From the NCBI RefSeq assembly GCF_963853765.1, contig NC_088860.1, forward strand, positions 40,176,001 through 40,240,000: a DNA stretch of 64,000 bases, given 5' to 3'. The notes under the pieces are model-generated. The model searched no databases and was not told the DNA's origin. It was given only the letters and a program-made list of their open reading frames with translations. Positions 1-12,548 of this stretch are shown here, piece after piece. The translations under genes were made by a program, and so were the position numbers. The stretch is from Magallana gigas. Lineage: Eukaryota. Position 1 is the stretch's first letter, and each line of letters opens with the position of its first letter.

Positions 1-471
1 TGTAACAAAATTGATTCATAGTGTTATCATGGACACGAATAAAGACACTGGAAGATGTCTATTATTACATGAACTTACTTTATCTACATGTACATAATAT
101 TTAATTTGTTTCATTATTTACCTTGTTTTATATATGTATTTTGTAAAATAAGTGCATCAAAATGTACTTATATGTCTTGAGTGTTTTATTAGCTTTATTT
201 TACATTTCTAGGGTACAACAGCAATGATTTTGAAAGAAATTAAAATGGTCGTTTTAATAAGAATATACATTTATTTTCTAAACATTTATTAAATATGCAC
301 TATATTGACCTGAAGGTAAGATGCGGTATAATGGGATTTCACTATTATTTCCGATCCTAGTCACAAGTGTTTTGAACTTTGTGTACATATGGCGGCACAC
401 TTTTAAAAATACTCAATTTTCAAAGTGTGTTTTTAGTGTAAATCAACAATGTGTATCATTAAGACACTTAA

Positions 472-1357
472 GGTATACGTTTACTCAGAATGAAAAAAAA
501 TTCCACTGATGATAATGAAAAACCATCTATTGTGTGTTAAAGACCTATCATGGGAGTGCTATTTTTTACTTTCAAAAAAGTAGGTCAATGACCTACTTTT
601 TTAGATAATGGTCATTGAATATTTTTTCGAAATTTAAGAAAAGTCCCTAAAAATTTTACACTATGATTGAAATTTTCTTAATTGTGAAAATAATACAAAT
701 TGCTAAACACTTTTAAAAATGAAATACAGTTTATGAATGGCAGTGACACTCAACAGACACAAGCAATAAGTTTTCATTCACAATTTTTTTTAATATTCCA
801 GTCCGAATTTCCTCTATCAGTTTTCAAATTCCTACCCTTTTTTGATTTAATTTTACAAAAAACTGAATGATGATAATACTAAAACATTAATAGGATTAAA
901 CTAGGTATATTGACCTTACTCTGCAGGCATAGAAGTTATATGAGGTCAATGATCAAAATTTTGAGATATGGTGTCTTTTATTGTTTTTAGGCATTTTTCA
1001 ATATTGTTGTATTGTGTGCCATTCGAATATCTTAACGAAAAAGGGAGATAAAACCAACAGAAAATATGCAAAATTATGTAAACTTACAAATAAAATCTTA
1101 ACTTTGAATATTACAGTACTACCAAAAATATTTCAGTGAAAAACAAAATCTTTAAATTTTAGTCCGAATTTCCTCTGTTTTGCTAAAAGTCCAACTTTGC
1201 TTAAGCCTAATTCCATAATATAGTAAAAATATTGAATGGTTTGTCAATAATAATTCATTTCATAAATACTTTTAGTGGTTAGATCAAATTTTACTCACGA
1301 AATTGAATTTTATAACAATCCGAATTTGAGAACTCAAACCCTGAGTAAACAACATCC
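472..1357. mobile_element. Degenerate TTAA-flanked non-autonomous DNA transposon (Kolobok-like)
   Basis: Imperfect terminal inverted repeats ttaa-GGtatacgttttactcag (468-) and ctgagtaaacaacatCC-ttaa (1341-1361). TTAA lies on both sides and there is no internal ORF. Confidence 0.4.
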
Positions 1358-1918
1358 TTAATGCACTCAGAAAAAGTAAATGTGCATTTCTGTTTGAGTT
1401 TCTAGCAAGTCTGGAAAATATGAACGATTATTTCACATCTTCATTCATTTTAAATCAATTTTTTATTTTTTTTAAAATCAGTTAAAACAATTAGAACCAT
1501 ATGCATATTTTAATCACAAATACATATACATTTTTCATGTTGTGTCATATAACTTGAATGAATTAGGAAGGTCCCCACTCAAAGATTTTCTTCCCTACCG
1601 TCCTGTTCACTATATTAATGGTATTTCACTATTTTTATTTTATTGTTCCACATAGAATTTTATAAATACGATTTCAAAAACCATTTTTTGATAACAAACC
1701 AATCTCTAAAACTTTGAAAAACCTTAGATCCAAATGCTACGTCATCACCGACAATTTATCAAAGAAAGGTCACATGTTTTCAAAAATAATATTGCACTTT
1801 AATTAAAGTGTTACAACAATATTAGAGCTCATAACAAAGCAAAAAACGCTTTAACGATTCTTAAATATGTTAATATGCTAGAAATAAAATTAGGAGATTT
1901 TTTCTTGTTTAAGAAATA

Positions 1919-2134
1919 AAGAATCATTCTTTGACTTTATGGGGTGTCCATTACAAGAATCATTCTCTGACTTTATGGGGTGTCCATTACAAGAATCATT
2001 CTCTGACTTTATGGGGTGTTCATTACAAGAATCATTCTTTGACTTTATGGGGTGTTCATTACAAGAACCATTCTTTGACTTTATGGTGTGTTAATTACAA
2101 GAACCACTCTTTGACTTTATGGGGTGTTTATTAC
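1919..2134. repeat. 36-bp minisatellite, 6 copies
   Basis: Unit aagaatcattctttgactttatggggtgtccattac starts at 1919, 1955, 1991, 2027, 2063 and 2099. It explains the repetitive 76-aa ORF (TLWGVHYKNHSL)n. Confidence 0.97.
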
Positions 2135-2659
2135 AGACGGGAAAGTAATGAAATCCAATAAAAAACAAAAATCACAGCAATATTCAAAACATAACTGATA
2201 ACTGTGTCAGTATTTATTTCAATCATATCGACAAGATAACGCTGTGTGTCTGACAGCAAACTGACAGCAATCTTGGTTTTCGTTTGTGTGAACAGTACCC
2301 TTAATTCCTTTGTTTAACTTGAATTGATGACACTATCTAAGGCCAATCCTCACGTGATATAATCGTCCATTTCGTGCTCACAATTTAGTGTCAGTCTATT
2401 CGTTCAAAATATTTTTTTAAAAACACCAAAGTATATAAAACCTATCTCTATGGTGCTATTCTTTAAAACTGAACTGCAAATACCTTCCTATCTTGAAAAC
2501 TGAAAAAAAGTTATCTAAACAAATGATGTACAACATTTTGAAGAAAATAATGTAACCGGTAGTTTTTCTCTTACATTCATTAAAACAATAAATACAAATA
2601 ATATACATATTTTGCATGCAAGTACAATTAAACAGCAAACTAAAAAAATCTTATCTTCA

Positions 2660-3060
2660 GCAGTTGGCATTTTTTTGCGAAAATATCAAACCTTTTCAAT
2701 TCAAGCAGTATGCAAATCTATGTAAGCATGTTCGTCAATTGATATGCAAAAAAGTTACTAGCCTATCATGAAAACTCTAAGAGGAGTCATCCGAAAAAAA
2801 TCAGTGTCCTATATACAATATAATATATACAATAAAATGCCAAGTACAGTAGCTCGTACATATATTTTTTGTATAAATTAACGCAATTCAATCCAAGTAA
2901 TATGCACGTTTCATTTTTAGGTTCAATTGATTTGCAAAACAAAAAAAAACACAAAAAAACTTTCTGTCTTCAAAACTGTAGGAGAAGATATCCGGATACA
3001 CCTTAAAGGAGTAACGTAACCCGCCCGGTTAGAGTTTTTCCTCAGAAAACCAAGTTAATA
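2660..3060. repeat. Degenerate oyster satellite-like / Helentron-associated repeat remnant
   Basis: Two diverged ~200-bp units (...aaaactctaagaggagtcatccg... and ...aaaactgtaggagaagatatccgg...). They resemble Cg170-type monomers as I recall them; not verified by search. Confidence 0.35.
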
Positions 3061-3427
3061 AAATTAAAATACTATAGTGATTATTGTTTTCTTTCTGTTA
3101 AACATCTCGAATTTCTAAATTAATTTAAAACAGTTTGACGCGAGAAGTTAAATGGCAAAAAAATGCCTCAAGATTAAGCATTCTGATTATGAACATATAC
3201 TGAACATTTTTGCGATTTCGCAGAACAATGTATATATATGTTGCTCAATAAAAAAGAATAGAATTTTTATTTTAAACAATCACACTCTTTAACTACTAAA
3301 TTGCTGTCAGTAGTCTAGTTTCAATGCAAATACCAAATACTCAGTAAACCATGTTCTGCAATACTTAGTAACTCGAATTTTTTGGTAAATGGTAAATGCA
3401 TTATTGTCTTTTTAGACATAGATCCAT

Positions 3428-6400
3428 TCATGGTGGGCAAAATGTATTGATCATAAACATTCCACACCCTTCTTCCTTGAGAGCATGTACATGTTCTCGT
3501 GTCTTCAGCTCGAATAGTTTTCTGGTTTGGTTAAAACAAAGATACAAATCTGGAAGAAAAAAAAATAAAATTATCAATTACATGGATACATTTACAGACT
3601 ATGGTCATATAATCGCTTGTAGAAGTGATCTGGGTTTGTATAAGAGAACAAGACGTAATTTAATAGGCCGTGATTAATCTAACCGTTTGAAATATTGTTT
3701 TTATATCAGTAAGATACCCGTAGCATATGAATATGTTATTGATAATTTCAAAACGCTCACGCAGTTATACTTGTGTACGTACGGTTTATGAAGAAAACAA
3801 AAGTCATGATTTCACATTCTAATTTGAAACCCACATGGATTGGCAATCCAGGTAAACGGTTACTAAGTAATCAGCCAATTAAACGGTCGTAGCAACCATA
3901 GCTTTCAACAAATGCAAATGAATGAACTCACCGTCTCTCCCGCATGGTCTCAGGTAAACATCTCTCTTTATTTTCTCTTTACGAAATGTTTTAATGCTGG
4001 CCACGTCGGTATCGTTCTTAATAAAAAAACAATCCGTCGTAAATTGTTAATAACAATCATTCATAACAGTACCAAGTAATTCTTATTTTTCTAATGTTTC
4101 TTATTTTAACGTAAATAACGTATATTTTATAACATGATTTTCCATACATAATATTGCCTATCATTTTTTTGTTTCCAACAAAGCCATTTCATTCTAATTT
4201 TTATCTATGTGTAGATCAATGTCATAAAATGCTCAATTTACATTAGATACTTTAAAAACCTCAAATGCTATGAAAGGGGCAGGATATATATTGGATATCA
4301 ATAATCAAATTTCAATAACACACATAATAGTAATCTTACGACTATGTCCAGTTGGGTCCCATTAAGGCCCAGAAATTTGGATTTGTTTTTCTGCACTTGA
4401 AAACTGTACTTTAGATAATAACCACCGTCCAACCATTTTCTCACAATGAAATGGTCTAAAAAATGAGAAATAAACGCTTTTTTATAAATACATGTAACAG
4501 TTAAATACATACAATATTTTATATTAAATTTGTTTTGTGGGTGTTTGCCTTATACATGATATAAACATTTATCTAAAGCCGTCTATGCGTAACATTTTGA
4601 AAAGGCTAACTGTTATTTGAATATTGTATTTATTTTAACTTGACAGCAAAAAGTTTATCAATATGTTTGATTTGATAAGATAGCTTGGCATATATATAAA
4701 TAAGTGAGTCTGCACTTGATGGACTTTAAACTTACATGTACAGTCCGACATGACGCTTGCAGATTGACGGAGGGTTAATTCTTCATTTCGAACAGCCAAA
4801 GATGTCGAGTCTTTTTGTGCCATCAGTACTTTCACTTTTGGTTGCATAGTCATTAGCTTCACAGAATTCTCCTTAACAATGACCTCTTCCAAAGGAGGAA
4901 AAATGTAAAAAAAAAAAAAAAAAAAAAGAAGGTAAAATCAATGTATGCATCTTAAGTTTAAAAAAAGGCACATTTATCATCAGCAATTTAATTTTGTTAG
5001 TAAAACAAATGGTGTTTTGTATTAATCTTTCAATAGCATATTATCAAAGCACAAAATTTTATTTGAAGCACGAAAAATAAAAGTTATTGTTTTGCTATAC
5101 GAATTAAACATCGCATGGTATTATGTGTTATGTGGTGATAAACTCGATAAACAATTGTTTAGACTGTTCTTCCGTAATAAGAATTTGATATGGCAAGCAA
5201 AACAACTTACAATAATGGCATTGCACCATCCCAAAAAAGTAACACGGGGACAGGTCAAAATAACCGGGGGTTTTGAACTTGATTTACATTAATATCTGTT
5301 TTTTTGTGAAGAGGAGGAATAAAAAATACTATAACTAAGAAAAAATCAAGTGTTGGTGCTGTTTGAATTTTGAAAAAAAAAAATAGTAAAGAAACAAAAG
5401 ATTATATACAAAAAAGAATGATATAGAACATAATTCCAATACTTGTTTCGAGTAATCTAGGTATTGATATATGACAAATTTAAAATGTTAACTACAATTT
5501 ATAGGCGAAGTCAATTTCAAATGCATACCTTGAAAGAAAGATCATATTCGATTAAGTAATTTCTAATACGAAAAAAAGAAGAAGAAAAAAGCGGAAACTA
5601 TAGATTTTAACTAATATTAACAATAGTAGTAATCGTTTTGAAAACTAATGTAGACTTTAAATGTACATGTGAAATATTATCAATTAAAACCTCTTAAGGT
5701 ACTTCACTACACCGAGACTTAAATACGTTTTAAAACACTATGTCACAAAATGGCGATTTAAATGTTTTTAAACTGTTTGTATCAATCGATTTATAGATGT
5801 ATATCGTAATAGCTCAGTGGTTAAAGTATCAGGCTTGTGAACCGCAGGTCATGAATTCGAATCCGTCTGGGGCTTTTGTTCATGTTCATTGAATGAAATG
5901 TTTGAAAATATCATTTTTTTTTTATCTGAAAGAGCACATTTTTGCCTATTTGACACATATACTTCTTATCCATCATGTTATCTATCATAATCAAGTAGTT
6001 TTCTGCTGATTTGAGAAACTATATCAAGGTGTAGTGAGGCACCTTAAGACCGTCCAAGATCACCATCGATATCTAATAAACTTATATGTTACTAACAAAC
6101 CTTCTTTGGTTCCTTCCAGTAGAAATTCAATAGTTGTGAATGTTTCTGATTTTCTGTTGTATATCACCTTAGCGTAAAAAAAATTAATTTTAAAAATCAC
6201 GGTTAATTAATAGGAATTTGTCAAAACAGAAAAAAATGTTATAAAGAAAATCTTATAGTAAGACAGAGCTACTTAAAGATATTTAAAAAAAAATGTTTAT
6301 GACATGTTTATCACAAAATTAAAATTACCATGGATATTTTCTCTGTCATTGGTAATGTTCGAAAGAGCGCCAAAACAACCTCATGATCATACTCGAATGA

Positions 6401-8551
6401 TCCCAAAGTCTTCTTTCCGTTTAAACTCACTAAAATGTCTTTATCTCTAAAGAAGAAAATCAGTCATTTTATAAATCATAATGGTAATGTTGTCATTTCT
6501 AAATATTAAAAAAAAATATTTTAAAAGTCAAATTTCAAAAATACAATAGCATGATAACAATTTAAAATAAAAATGATTTTTTACTCAGGGAGTTGCTAAT
6601 TCTAAACAATTGTGTAAGACTATTTTGTTGAGGATGGGAGAGGGTGTATGATACCATTTCTTTTATCAAGAAACATCTTTGCTAGTTTGTCTTGCTTTTT
6701 TAAATAGCAATTTAATTCCTTTTATTATTTGACAAAATAAAGAGTCCCGGATTTCATCATGAATTTACACTTGCACCTTGGTACGTGTACATGTACATCA
6801 ATCTTCAATCATCTTTTACTACATGTAAAGATTTATGATAATGGTATAACTTTAACTATTTCTCCAATGCACTGTCTTACTTGACAGAAAAGTCTTTTGC
6901 TAAGATTCCGTCTGGTTGCAGGCTGCAGAATGCGTGAAGAAAGGTTCCGTCACTCCGTGAACCCGTACAAAGGAATCCTCCAAGAGCATCGCCCTTATCG
7001 CTGTCTTCATCAGCGTGTTTCACAAAAATTTCTGACACAAAAGGACTGTCATCCAGCTTAAGCAAAACAATACGACAAATATTTACACGTCTACGTTTTT
7101 TTGTGTCCATCAACGTTGTGTGCTGAAAATTATTTATCTTTTTTTAATGCAATTAGTTTATATCTTGCTCAGTTTGTATTCATAATTGGACACATTTTAT
7201 CATATGAATTTAATTATTGGTTGTAACAGTTTAATAATTTTGTTCGTAATTACAGAAGTGTCATTGTTATTTGAGGGTGAGGGGGAGGGTAAATTTTTTT
7301 AATCGATATGAGTGAAGGACGTCGTTATGTAAAATTTCAAACGATCTGAATTGTTGTATACAGCTTTAATGCGCAATGTTTCAGTTTTGCACAATTGCAC
7401 ACTTAGTGTATACCTCTTTTGCCAAACAGTTCATACATATATCTCAAAAAAAGGTATCTCTTTAAAAAAAATATTTAACTACCTGTATACTGTCTTGAGT
7501 TCTTAATCTTTGGTAAAGAATTCTCACATTGTTTCCGGGGGCTGCTGAACTATCCGTCTCAGAAAACTCTACATCATTATCCCCATCTCCATTCTAAAAA
7601 GAAAATCTTAATCACAATCATTTATTTAGTCATTTTCCCTTCAGATGACAAAATTTTGCAAGTTTTAAATTTACTTATCTGGATATAAGAGCAGTATATA
7701 TCTTTTTAGACAGCGATACCAATATAAAAAAGATGAAATTGGAACCATTCGTTTTGATACGTACTTTTCAAGTACGATCATTCAAACAAAATCAAAATAC
7801 AGCAGCTTAAAAAATGATAAAAAAAATGGTTATTTTATGTTTTGTGGAGGGTTGGATAAGGATTGTTGTTGTTGCTTTTATTGAAAACTATAGATCTAGT
7901 CTCTTTTTACAGCGGTTGATACATGTAGTATCATTCTTATTGTATCAGAATCGTAGTGCACGAATGCATCCCTTACTAATCTAAGAGGGTTTGATGTTTG
8001 TGACCATTTTTAGACTGTATTGATCTCCTTTGGAAGAAGAGCTAAATATAAAAATGCCAAAATTAAAAAGATAAAATGTATGGATTGTTATCTTTTTCTA
8101 ATTAATTATTTAAAGTTACACAAATTATATTTGAATTTAATAATTTTAGCTACATCTGACGGTTCATCGGTTAAGACGCATCGGTTATGATAGTTAACCG
8201 CAGAAGCAAGTAACAAAAATGTTGGTCAAAATAATACAAGTAAGCAAGAAATATTGTGGTGTCACTACACAAAGTTTCAGAGATGTAGCTTTAAATACAA
8301 ATGTATTGATGAAAAATAAATTATTGTTAAAAGAACAAAAACAAAACACACAAAAAACCCCCTAAAAAATGTCTGCCCTACATGTAGCTGCTGTGGTGGA
8401 ATGAACAATTAGTTAAATTGTGCGTAGTGGCATTAATAAGTGAGTATTAATGTTTTATGCAAACCACAGTGAATGATTTGGATTGAACATGGGGAATCAA
8501 GCCATCCGCTTCAATATCATCCATTTCTTTGTTAACTCCATTGGTATACAT
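3428..8551 (-). CDS. Uncharacterised leaderless 352-aa protein: acidic N-terminus + PDZ-like domain + predicted beta-trefoil (IL-1/FGF-like)
   Basis: Ten exons with GT-AG sites and consistent phases: 8551-8465, 7593-7528, 7122-6881, 6446-6329, 6167-6101, 4885-4736, 4455-4340, 4016-3932, 3629-3596, 3521-3428. Total 1059 nt, open to TGA at 3430-3428. PDZ-like segment: LGGFLCTGSRSDGTFLHAFCSLQPDGILAKDFSVKDKDILVSLNGKKTLGSFEYDHEVVLALFR. The C-terminal ~145 aa show three-fold beta-strand repeats. The gene model is well supported; the fold assignment is inference. Confidence 0.8.
5698..6043. mobile_element. TTAA-flanked MITE (Kolobok-like) carrying a tRNA-like segment
   Basis: TTAA at 5694-5697 and 6044-6047. 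16-bp TIR GGTACTTCACTACACC / GGTGTAGTGAGGCACC with 2 mismatches. Lies in intron 5 of the PDZ/beta-trefoil gene. Confidence 0.85.
5804..5872 (+). pseudogene. tRNA-derived (His-like) sequence inside the MITE
   Basis: A-box TAGCTCAGTGG (5810-5820), B-box-like GAATTCGAATCC, and ttGTGaaccgcag resembling the tRNA-His anticodon arm. Acceptor and anticodon stems do not pair, so this is not a functional tRNA. Confidence 0.6.
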
Positions 8552-10122
8552 CTACAATAAAAAAAAGGTATATATCATTAAATGTCTTAAGCTTGTAGAG
8601 ACAGAAAAAAAAATAAAGCTTAGCCCCAAAATTCGATTACGGTATCTTTGCCCTGAGACCATAAAACTAAGAAGGAATAGCAGTAGATTTTTGAACGAAC
8701 TCGCATTGACCACTGCACCAGGGACTTAAGTCGGGGCATTATATAATTGTACACGTACTGGAATAGAAATAAATCACTAGTTTTGAATGTTGTAATACTG
8801 TGCAAATCTAGAATTAGAAATAGGGTGGATAAGAAAGTCATACAAATACATCTAAAAACTTAGATAAATCTTCCGCACTTTAATATTGCACTGATATTAA
8901 ATGGAGTTTGTTTAAATCTGGTTATCATGACTAAACTGATGCATAATAGATGCCACTATTCCAATTATATACTTTTAAAAAATCAATTAATACTATAGTA
9001 AGTCAACTTTATATATGAACGATTACACAGATAGAAAATGCATATGGCTGATTAATATGCTTGCCTTTATGGTGAGCGGACGTTGTTTATGAAGTAATCG
9101 GCTAAAATCTTCCTTATTGCTTTCTCTCCCTCTATCTTGATCGTCGAGAAAATCAAGTCCACGTCTTCAACATTGGCCTTTATATACATTATATAAGCAT
9201 CGGTTCAAGTGGAGTACTGGTATAGGAAATAACATGCTTGCATATACTTCGACTGAGTCATAGTTTTAGTGTGCCCGTGCAGTATCCATCATGCAGCTGT
9301 TCTTCGGGGATTCTTCAAAAACTTTCTTTCCTTTCGATGCTATAGGCGCCTGACATTATATAATTTTCTCGTGATAAAAATACATACCTTCTACCTAATA
9401 CATGTAATCCACTAATAGTTAGAGGGTATATATTTTTTTATTATGAAAAAAAAAATGTAACGTAAGGTGCCTGTTTTCAATGCATAATTTTGCTTCTTGT
9501 ATCCACCTATATGAGATATTTGTATCAACTATCCCAATTATTTTCTCGGATGGATGGAAATAGAGGAATATATTTTGAATCTTAATGGTAATGATATTGA
9601 TGGTTAGAACAGTTACAAAAATGTAGTTATTCCGTGACTTAAAAATTCTTTTGAAATTTCCAATTACGATTACTTAGAATCCGCCGAGAGTTTACTACAA
9701 CACCGATTCAAGAGAATTTAGAATCCGGGTTCTCTTTTAAAAAATAGACTTGTAAAGTTGTTCCTCTACGATACGCTATAGAAGATCTAAAATAAATGAT
9801 CCCGCATTTCATACACTTGTACCCATAATCTTGTATTATAACAGCGTATCGTTAAGGAGCGGATTTACAAGTCTAATTTTAATTAGATTGGGTTTACTTC
9901 AAGATATATCTGATGGAAGTTTAAATATAGAAGACACTTTTGATAACAATGGCATATCAAATGGTCCACTGCCAAGTCTTCTTTTGATACAATCGAATTT
10001 GATTTTTTATCAAATTAGACTTGTCTTTCCGCTCATCTACGATACGTTACAGGTCTAATTCTAATTCATCACAGACGAATCTATTAACATGTAACTCAAA
10101 GAATCAATGACCAAATCGTGAC

Positions 10123-10680
10123 TGAATATGATGATATTGTATCATATGATTGTTCATTATATGATACAATAATGTACCATTTGATGTGATACAATATTGA
10201 ACCATTTAATATGATGCAAAATCGTACCATACAGTATGATATTGTTTTATATGATACAATATAATATCATACAACATTGCATCATATCAAATGATACAAT
10301 ATCATATCGTGTAATACAATAAATATATCAAATGATTGTTCATTATATGATACGATAATGTATCATTTGATGTGATACAATATTGAACCATTTAATATGA
10401 TGCAATTTTGTACCATGTAGTATGATAGTGTATTATATGATACAATATAATATCATACAAGTGAACATTGCTTCATATAAAATGATACAATATCATATCA
10501 TATAATACAATATTATATCATATGATTCAATATCATATCATTTGATATAAAACAATTATATACGATACAATATCATAATATAACATTTTACAATATCATA
10601 TAATATAATAATGTTTCATGTTATACAATATCTTTTTTAGACAAAATATCAATCATATATGATTCAATTTCATAGGAATA
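10123..10680. repeat. AT-rich degenerate minisatellite built of ATATC/ATATG/ATACA pentamers
   Basis: Repeated atatcat/atgatac/aatat modules, plus a ~186-bp higher-order duplication starting at 10147 and 10333. Confidence 0.85.
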
Positions 10681-11171
10681 AGAATCACAATATACACCAA
10701 CAATCGCATCTTTTAAGCAAGTTTGAGTGAGGTAGGAAAAGGCTTTCAAAGCATCCTGTATAATGGAGATCAGGCTCTGTATCTGAAGCTAGCCTTATCT
10801 TTTAAAATCCAAATTTAAGTTACAAGAACCATCATGAAAGTTGGTCAGGACAACATTTTTTCCAACATTCAAACCTGCAATAACCTCCTCCAACATCCAG
10901 AACTTATATGTCTCACCCAGATTCAGCATCCAAGCATGCCATGTGTATCAGTAACATGAGATGATTCATATATCAGAGATTAAACGAATAATAACGAAGA
11001 TTTGTCTATCAAAAGGCACCTGCTCCAAACATTTTAACCTGCTCCATCTAGCAGGCAAACTGAGAGAATTGTTATAAAGAGCAATGATGCTTATATTTAA
11101 TGGTGGGGGGACAGTTACATGTATCATCAGAGGACAAGATGCATGTGCAAGGTCATCGAATAAACAGTATA

Positions 11172-11345
11172 CAGTAAAACACGGTTATAGCGAACACGCT
11201 TATAATGAATTGACGCTTACAGCGAAGTGAATTTCATTCCCCAAGTCTCTATTTCATGTTGTAAACTTGACGGATATAACGAATTTCGCTTATAACGAAG
11301 TTAAATTGGCCATCCCGGGGACTTCGTTATAAGCGTGTTTTACTG
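11172..11345. mobile_element. Tc1/mariner-pogo-type MITE
   Basis: TA on both sides (11170-71, 11346-47). TIR CAGTAAAACACGGTTATAGCGAA / TTCGTTATAAGCGTGTTTTACTG. 174 bp. Confidence 0.9.
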
Positions 11346-12181
11346 TATTATTAAAAAAACACTCAGCAAAAACTCATTCCACTTTATATCAAATAAAATG
11401 ACAAGAGGTCATATACATGTTCAAACACAAAACACTGTTAATTAAACTCTCATTTATCAATACACAATATGTTTGCATTTTCAAAATATACCAGGTAAAT
11501 CAGTTAAATACCCCAAAAATTAAATAAATTTTTAAAAAATACATATACATATATATTGTATGTAATGTAAACTGCATCACAAAAGTGAAATAAATTATAA
11601 AAAAAACAAACCAATAATATAATACGTTGAACATGACATAATTCATGGCATTTTTGCTTAAATATACATTGAAAGAAATAGATAAGATGGGTCCTTTTGC
11701 TATTTTAGAAACTGATTATATCAAAAATTCTAAACATGACACAGATGACAAAAACTAAAAGTCATATTTGATATGCACTTTGCCACTGAGTGTGGCTTAA
11801 CCAAGTACATATAGTAATTCACTTTGCAACTGACCATGAACTTGACAAATGACCTTGACATTATAAGTGATTCAGCACATTTTAAAAGACATATGCAGCG
11901 CTAGCCTAGACTTACATGAATCCAAAACAATGGCACATTGGCTAACTAATGAATGAGTATTTTTATAAAAACCCTTAAAAACATAGTTATTGCGTAATCT
12001 CTTTAAAAAAAAATTTTCAAGCAAACACACACATGAAAAAAACTCATTTATACTACTGGAAAAGGGGAAGGGCAAATCATTATTAATACATTGAAATCAA
12101 TAATAAAAAAAAATATAGTAAGCTGCTCTTAAACATAGCCTTTTATCAATTTTTAAATCATTGATATCAATTTATTAAATG

Positions 12182-12452
12182 TAAGGCCTAAGAAAAAAAG
12201 TTGTGTGTTTAGGGTAACCCTACCTTACCTCAAAAAATGCCCCGATCCTACCATTTTTAAATGTCTGTTTTTATCAGATTATGATTTTTTATATTATTTC
12301 TATTAAAAACCCATTTTTAAGTATGACAAAAACAAACACTCTTAGGAATCATGCATAAAAAAATATGATAAAATAAAAAAAAATCCCTACCTACCTAACC
12401 TAATTTTTTCATCAGTGTTACCCTTAACATACACATTTTTTCATAGGCCTAA
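12182..12452. mobile_element. MITE with ~36-bp TIRs (AGGCC termini) just 3' of the PAAT stop codon
   Basis: Left end taaggcctaagaaaaaaagttgtgtgtttagggtaac versus reverse complement of the right end ttaggcctatgaaaaaatgtgtatgttaagggtaac. Confidence 0.75.
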
Positions 12453-12548
12453 TTGGGAAGAATATTGGCATTGTTCAGTTTGAATTCTTTGCTACCCTGG
12501 ATAGCTTTTACACAAATTAACATGGCACGCATGTACACCATTTCAGTG

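Noticed and set aside
1931-2161. 76-aa repetitive ORF (TLWGVHYKNHSL)n
   Set aside because: By-product of a 36-bp minisatellite, with no ATG and no splice context.
4736-4885. Cys-rich, Ly6-like reading with TAA/TGA (possible pseudogene or selenoprotein)
   Set aside because: Arose from skipping exons 6446-6329 and 6167-6101. With them included, a different frame is fully open and phase-consistent.
10710-11150. GC-richer stretch that looks like decayed coding or retroelement sequence on the minus strand
   Set aside because: No recognisable RT, integrase or recombinase motif, and stops in all frames; cannot be assigned without a search.
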